Shown piece after piece: positions 60,477-64,000 of a stretch of 64,000 nt of DNA. The notes under the pieces are model-generated. The model worked only from the letters and a program-made list of their open reading frames with translations. It ran no database searches and was not told the origin of the DNA. Each line of letters begins with the position of its first letter. Position 1 is the stretch's first letter. Source of the DNA: a virus (lineage: Duplodnaviria; Caudoviricetes); the IMG/VR virus record IMGVR_UViG_3300043010_000145, one strand, 5' to 3'. The position numbers and the translations under genes were made by a program.

Positions 60477-60507
60477 GCACAATTCTAAAATTTCTTTCTA
60501 TTTTTAG

Positions 60508-60536
60508 TTGACAACACTTTATACATACTATATACT
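60508..60536 (+). promoter_or_regulatory. Near-consensus sigma-A promoter
   Basis: TTGACA-17 nt-TATACT. Confidence 0.75.
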
Positions 60537-60542
60537 ATGAGT

Positions 60543-60735
60543 GTATCTACTAAAAGAAACGCTGTAGATATATTTAGATTTTGCAAAATGTTTCAACACA
60601 TTCGGTACTTCTGTACCTAATGACAACTGTTCCGTCCAATTGCAGTTTATGAAATATTTTCGCCTAATCATTCGTTAAATTAAATATCCTCTTGAATTAG
60701 CGGTGTGGCCATCAAACACATCGCTTTTTCTTTTT
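60543..60735 (+). ncRNA. Candidate ~190-nt small RNA
   Basis: Bounded by the promoter above and a terminator (AGCGGTGTG...CACATCGCT + T-tract, 60699-60735). No RBS-led ORF. Confidence 0.45.
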
Positions 60736-61012
60736 CCTTTTTCTTGCTCTCCCTCTCCTATTCCTAATTCTGCCTGTACTTATATCGCTTCTGCTTGCAC
60801 CAGCTTGCATGGGTATGCCAGTCAAGTCTTCCTATCTAGGATTAGCTTATCTAATATTAGTCTATCTAATATTAGATTATCTGCACATCTTCGTGTGCAC
60901 CTAAATTTGCTAACAGAAAATTTTTCTAAGGAAAACTGCTATATAAAAGGGGAAGTATGGAAAAAGACTAGGGCTGTCTACAAGCTTTTTACTTAGCTAA
61001 AAAGCCTTATTT

Positions 61013-62075
61013 GTAGCCTTTTCTAGCCTTTTTGCTTGTCTGCAACAAACTTCTCGCAAGCATTTTATGATTTCTGCAACCAGATTTTTCTTTGCACAAG
61101 CTAACAGCTATAACCAGAGATGATTGCTCCAATGCTCCAATGCTCCAATCTCAATCCCAACTCTATCTTCGCCCAGAAACCGCTTGCCCCAAGTTGTCTG
61201 CAACCAGAAAGAACTGTGTCTGTTAGCACGAAGTGTTTTGTTGCAAATTTCTTTGGCTGTTTTTGTCTTGGCGAAGATTTTTTATTGACAGAAAATATGG
61301 GCTAATAGGTTTATATTTAGCTTTCTTTTAGCTTTCTTATAGCTAATAAGATAGGCGGGCGACCTCGTTTTCGTTTCACTCAAACGGACTTCCCGCCTAT
61401 CGTTGTAGGTAGTTAAACCAAGGCAAAGCTAAATTTAGGCATAGATAAACCAAGGTAAAGCTAGAACTAGCCATAGCTAAATCAAGGCAAAGCTAGAACT
61501 AGCCGTAGCTAAACCAAGGCAAAGCTAGAACTAGCCGTAGCTAAATCAAGGCAAAGCTAGAACTAGCCGTAGCTAAGATAGGCGAGCAACCTAGCCTGTT
61601 TTCGTTTCACTACAACAGTCGTGGCTAAAAGCACCCCTAAACACGAAGTGTTCTAGTGGTGCTTACAGGCATATGTAAAGCATATGCCTGTCTGCTGCCA
61701 CCCTGACCGCTCGCCTCCGCCCCTCACAGTATTACTTTTCGGGGCTATCGTTGTAGGTAGCTAAAACAAGGTGTAGCCTTTTTGCTTGTCTGCAACAAAC
61801 TCTTTGCAAGCATTTTACGATTTTCTTCAACCAGAGATGTCTGCTCCAATACATCAATACATCAATACTCCAATGCCAATTCCATTCTTCAACCAGAAAC
61901 CGCTTGCCCCTTATTAGCTATACAAATCAATAAATTGATTTATATAGCTATTCTGCAACCGGAAAGAACCTGTGCCTGTTGGCACGATTTGATTTGTTGC
62001 AAATATCTTTGGCTGTTTTTGTCTTGGCGAAGATTTTTATTGATATAAAATATGGAATGCTAGGGATAGATTTAG
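61013..62075. repeat. Imperfect ~300-bp duplication (about 61013-61320 and 61773-62075), with a third partial start at ~62180
   Basis: Shared blocks TTTTGCTTGTCTGCAA, CCAGAAACCGCTTGCCCC and CTTTGGCTGTTTTTGTCTTGGCGAAGATTTTT. Confidence 0.8.
61410..61576. repeat. 32-bp tandem repeat x5 (iteron-like)
   Basis: TAGCTAAA(C/T)CAAGGCAAAGCTAGAACTAGCCG at 61410, 61442, 61474, 61506 and 61538. Confidence 0.9.
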
Positions 62076-62429
62076 TTTTCTTATAATACTTACGATAGGC
62101 GAGCAACCAATTTTATTCCGCTTTGCTTCATAAAATCGCCGCTCGCCTATCGTTGTAGGTAGCTAAAACAACATATATCCTTTTTGCTTGTCTGCAAATA
62201 TCCCCTATGACTGGTGCCTTCCGCAGCCAGATTTTTTGCCCAAGCCTACATCTGCACCCAATCTAACTAGGCGGAACTCCCCAGCACTTCGTGTAGCTAA
62301 TCAGTCAAGCTATTGACTGATTAGCTCCGTCTCTATCTCTAAATCTGAACGATTAGCCACACGAAGCAAGATGAACTTGCTTCATATGGCTGAGAATTTG
62401 CTATAATAAATATAGAAAGGAGCACCACC

Positions 62430-62957
62430 ATGCCCAGCAAGAGAACCCCAGCCCATTTCTACACGAGAGGGAAATTTGGGAAGCGACTTCGAGAAGTCGC
62501 TGACCAAGAGAACCCCTACTTATATTCACAAGGAAGGTATGCAACGAAGTTGCAACCTTCCGACCTCCCCAATACTTACATATCTATTCACAGCAGAAGC
62601 TTATGGTACACCGAAGGCTTTATCCAAACAGCGAATGTCGTAGACATCTGCTACATACCGCTGCATCTAAATCATCTATTCAAAGATGACTATTTATACA
62701 TCAGTTATTCCGCAGACCGACCTCTGCAAATCGAGCCAACCCGATATGGCATTCCCGAATGCCTAAGCTACGACATATGTATCTGTGGCAATGACATACC
62801 GAAGCTGCTAGAAGCCATCGCTCTCAACTCCCCACACTGCCATAATCTCTCTGAGACCAAAGCCTCTGTGAAAGAGAAAGTAGAATGGTTTGCCACTCGT
62901 TACCCCGAGAGCTCTAAATCCATCAATTATCTGCATGAGCACTATGACTGGTTATAA
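62430..62957 (+). CDS. Hypothetical protein embedded in the repeat region
   Basis: AAAGGAG RBS and TG-C-TATAAT upstream; 175 aa. Confidence 0.75.
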   Translation: MPSKRTPAHFYTRGKFGKRLREVADQENPYLYSQGRYATKLQPSDLPNTYISIHSRSLWYTEGFIQTANVVDICYIPLHLNHLFKDDYLYISYSADRPLQIEPTRYGIPECLSYDICICGNDIPKLLEAIALNSPHCHNLSETKASVKEKVEWFATRYPESSKSINYLHEHYDWL

Positions 62958-63150
62958 CCAGTCATTTTTATTACCTATCTCCAATATTCTCGCCTGTCTT
63001 TTATCGCCTGTCCTCTATCTCGCCTATCTGCTCTCGCCTGTCTGCTCTCGCCCGTCTATCCTTGTTGTAGTTCAGCCAGCCTATCCTATCCACCTAGCAC
63101 CACTTCTTCGGGTATCTTGTCGTAGCAGATGTTTCTGCCACCTTCTGCCT

Positions 63151-63220
63151 TGCCTTATCTTGCCTTATCTTGCCTTATCTTGCCTTATCTTGCCTTATCT
63201 TGCCTTATCTTGCCTTATCT
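63151..63220. repeat. 10-bp tandem repeat TGCCTTATCT x7
   Basis: Seven perfect copies. Confidence 0.95.
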
Positions 63221-63362
63221 TGCATCATTTCTATCTTGTAGGGTACTTTTGTCTTGGCTTAGCTTTATTCTCGCCTATCTCTATCTTGGCTTAGCTCTAT
63301 CTCTGCCTAGAAAGGCGGCCACGGTTCTCATTACATTTCGAACCTAAGACCCGCCTTTGTCT

Positions 63363-63493
63363 AGGCAAAGCAATCATTCAGGCAAAGCAATCATTCAGGC
63401 AAAGCAATCATTCAGGCAAAGCAATCATTCAGGCGAAGTAATTATTCAGGCGAAGTAATTATTCAGGCGAAGCAATTATTTAGGCGAAGTAAT
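63363..63493. repeat. 17-bp tandem repeat AGGC(A/G)AAG(C/T)AAT(C/T)ATTC x7-8
   Basis: Copies every 17 bp from 63363; a related array lies at 63859-63941. Confidence 0.92.
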
Positions 63494-63709
63494 CTCTTGG
63501 CGAGTAATTATTTAGGAGAAGATACACCAAATGCTTGAAGTCCAGCACACTTCATCGGGTATCTTGTCATAGCAGATGTTTCAACAGACTGGTTATCTTG
63601 CCTTGCCTTGCACTATCTTGCCTTATTCCTATCTTGCAGTGTACTTCTGTTTTGTATTAGATTTACTCTTGCCTATCTTTATCTCAGTCTAGCTTTATTC
63701 TCGCCTATC

Positions 63710-63777
63710 TTTTGTCTTGGCTTAGCTTTTGTCTTGGCTTAGCTTTTGTCTTGGCTTAGCTTTTGTCTTGGCTTAGC
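63710..63777. repeat. 17-bp tandem repeat TTTTGTCTTGGCTTAGC x4
   Basis: Four perfect copies; the reverse complement resembles the 32-bp unit at 61410. Confidence 0.92.
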
Positions 63778-64000
63778 TTCTGTATTGGCTAGCTATATCT
63801 AGGTATAGAAAGGCGGCCACCTTGGTAACTTCTCTATCCTCGTTACCCGCCTTTGTCTAGGCGAAGCATTTAACTAGGCGAAGCATTTAACTAGGCGAAG
63901 TAATGATTCAGGCTAAGTAATTATTCAGGCGAAGCAATCAACTCTGCATAAATATATCTGGCAAAGCATATTCTACTTGCATACAGCATGAATCAAGCAT

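Larger units (their letters stand above)
1..64000. mobile_element. Segment of a large conjugative extrachromosomal element (megaplasmid/ICE-like) of a low-GC Firmicute
   Basis: VirB4-like and FtsK/TcpA-like ATPases, many membrane proteins, an HU-like protein, defence/stress cargo and a repeat-rich region are present. Core genes and capsid/terminase genes are absent. Element boundaries, relaxase and Rep were not seen. Confidence 0.65.

Noticed and set aside
62890-63347. ORFs with LPYLALSCLI repeats
   Set aside because: They are translations of the 10-bp DNA tandem repeat.
61410-63941. Tandem repeats as CRISPR arrays
   Set aside because: The units are head-to-tail with no unique spacers.
1-64000. 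Prophage/jumbo phage, rRNA/tRNA, cas genes, transposases, relaxase
   Set aside because: I recognised no supporting motifs. Very divergent versions among the hypothetical proteins cannot be excluded.

Overview
AT-rich Firmicutes-type DNA with no housekeeping genes and no recognisable phage structural genes. It reads best as part of a large conjugative extrachromosomal element (megaplasmid or ICE-like); that assignment is an inference. Contents from left to right: (1) A ~2560-aa surface protein with BspA/DUF285-like LRRs and many beta-repeat domains. (2) An orphan Panacea/SocA antitoxin-like gene. (3) A membrane/transfer block with three paralogous pilin-like proteins, an HU-like protein, a YdjM-like hydrolase and a ~2060-aa polytopic protein. 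(4) Cargo genes: a DnaQ-like exonuclease, a GNAT and three tandem acyltransferase-3 paralogues. (5) A cas-less, single-spacer type I-E-like CRISPR mini-array whose spacer matches the neighbouring gene at 25/32 nt. (6) A second transfer block with an SGNH/CHAP wall enzyme, a VirB4-like ATPase and an FtsK/TcpA-like ATPase. (7) A Ter stress cluster (yceG-like, telA, 2x terD, P-type ATPase). It is interleaved with a split C5 DNA methyltransferase carrying two inteins, a WGR-PARP and a direct-repeat-flanked AlwI-family R-M cassette. (8) A candidate sRNA and a ~3 kb repeat/hairpin-rich region that may be an origin. The best candidates for new biology are the mini-array with its homologous target gene, the dual-intein overlapping-frame methyltransferase, and the PARP embedded in the Ter locus. 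All family calls come from motif recognition by eye; no searches were run.
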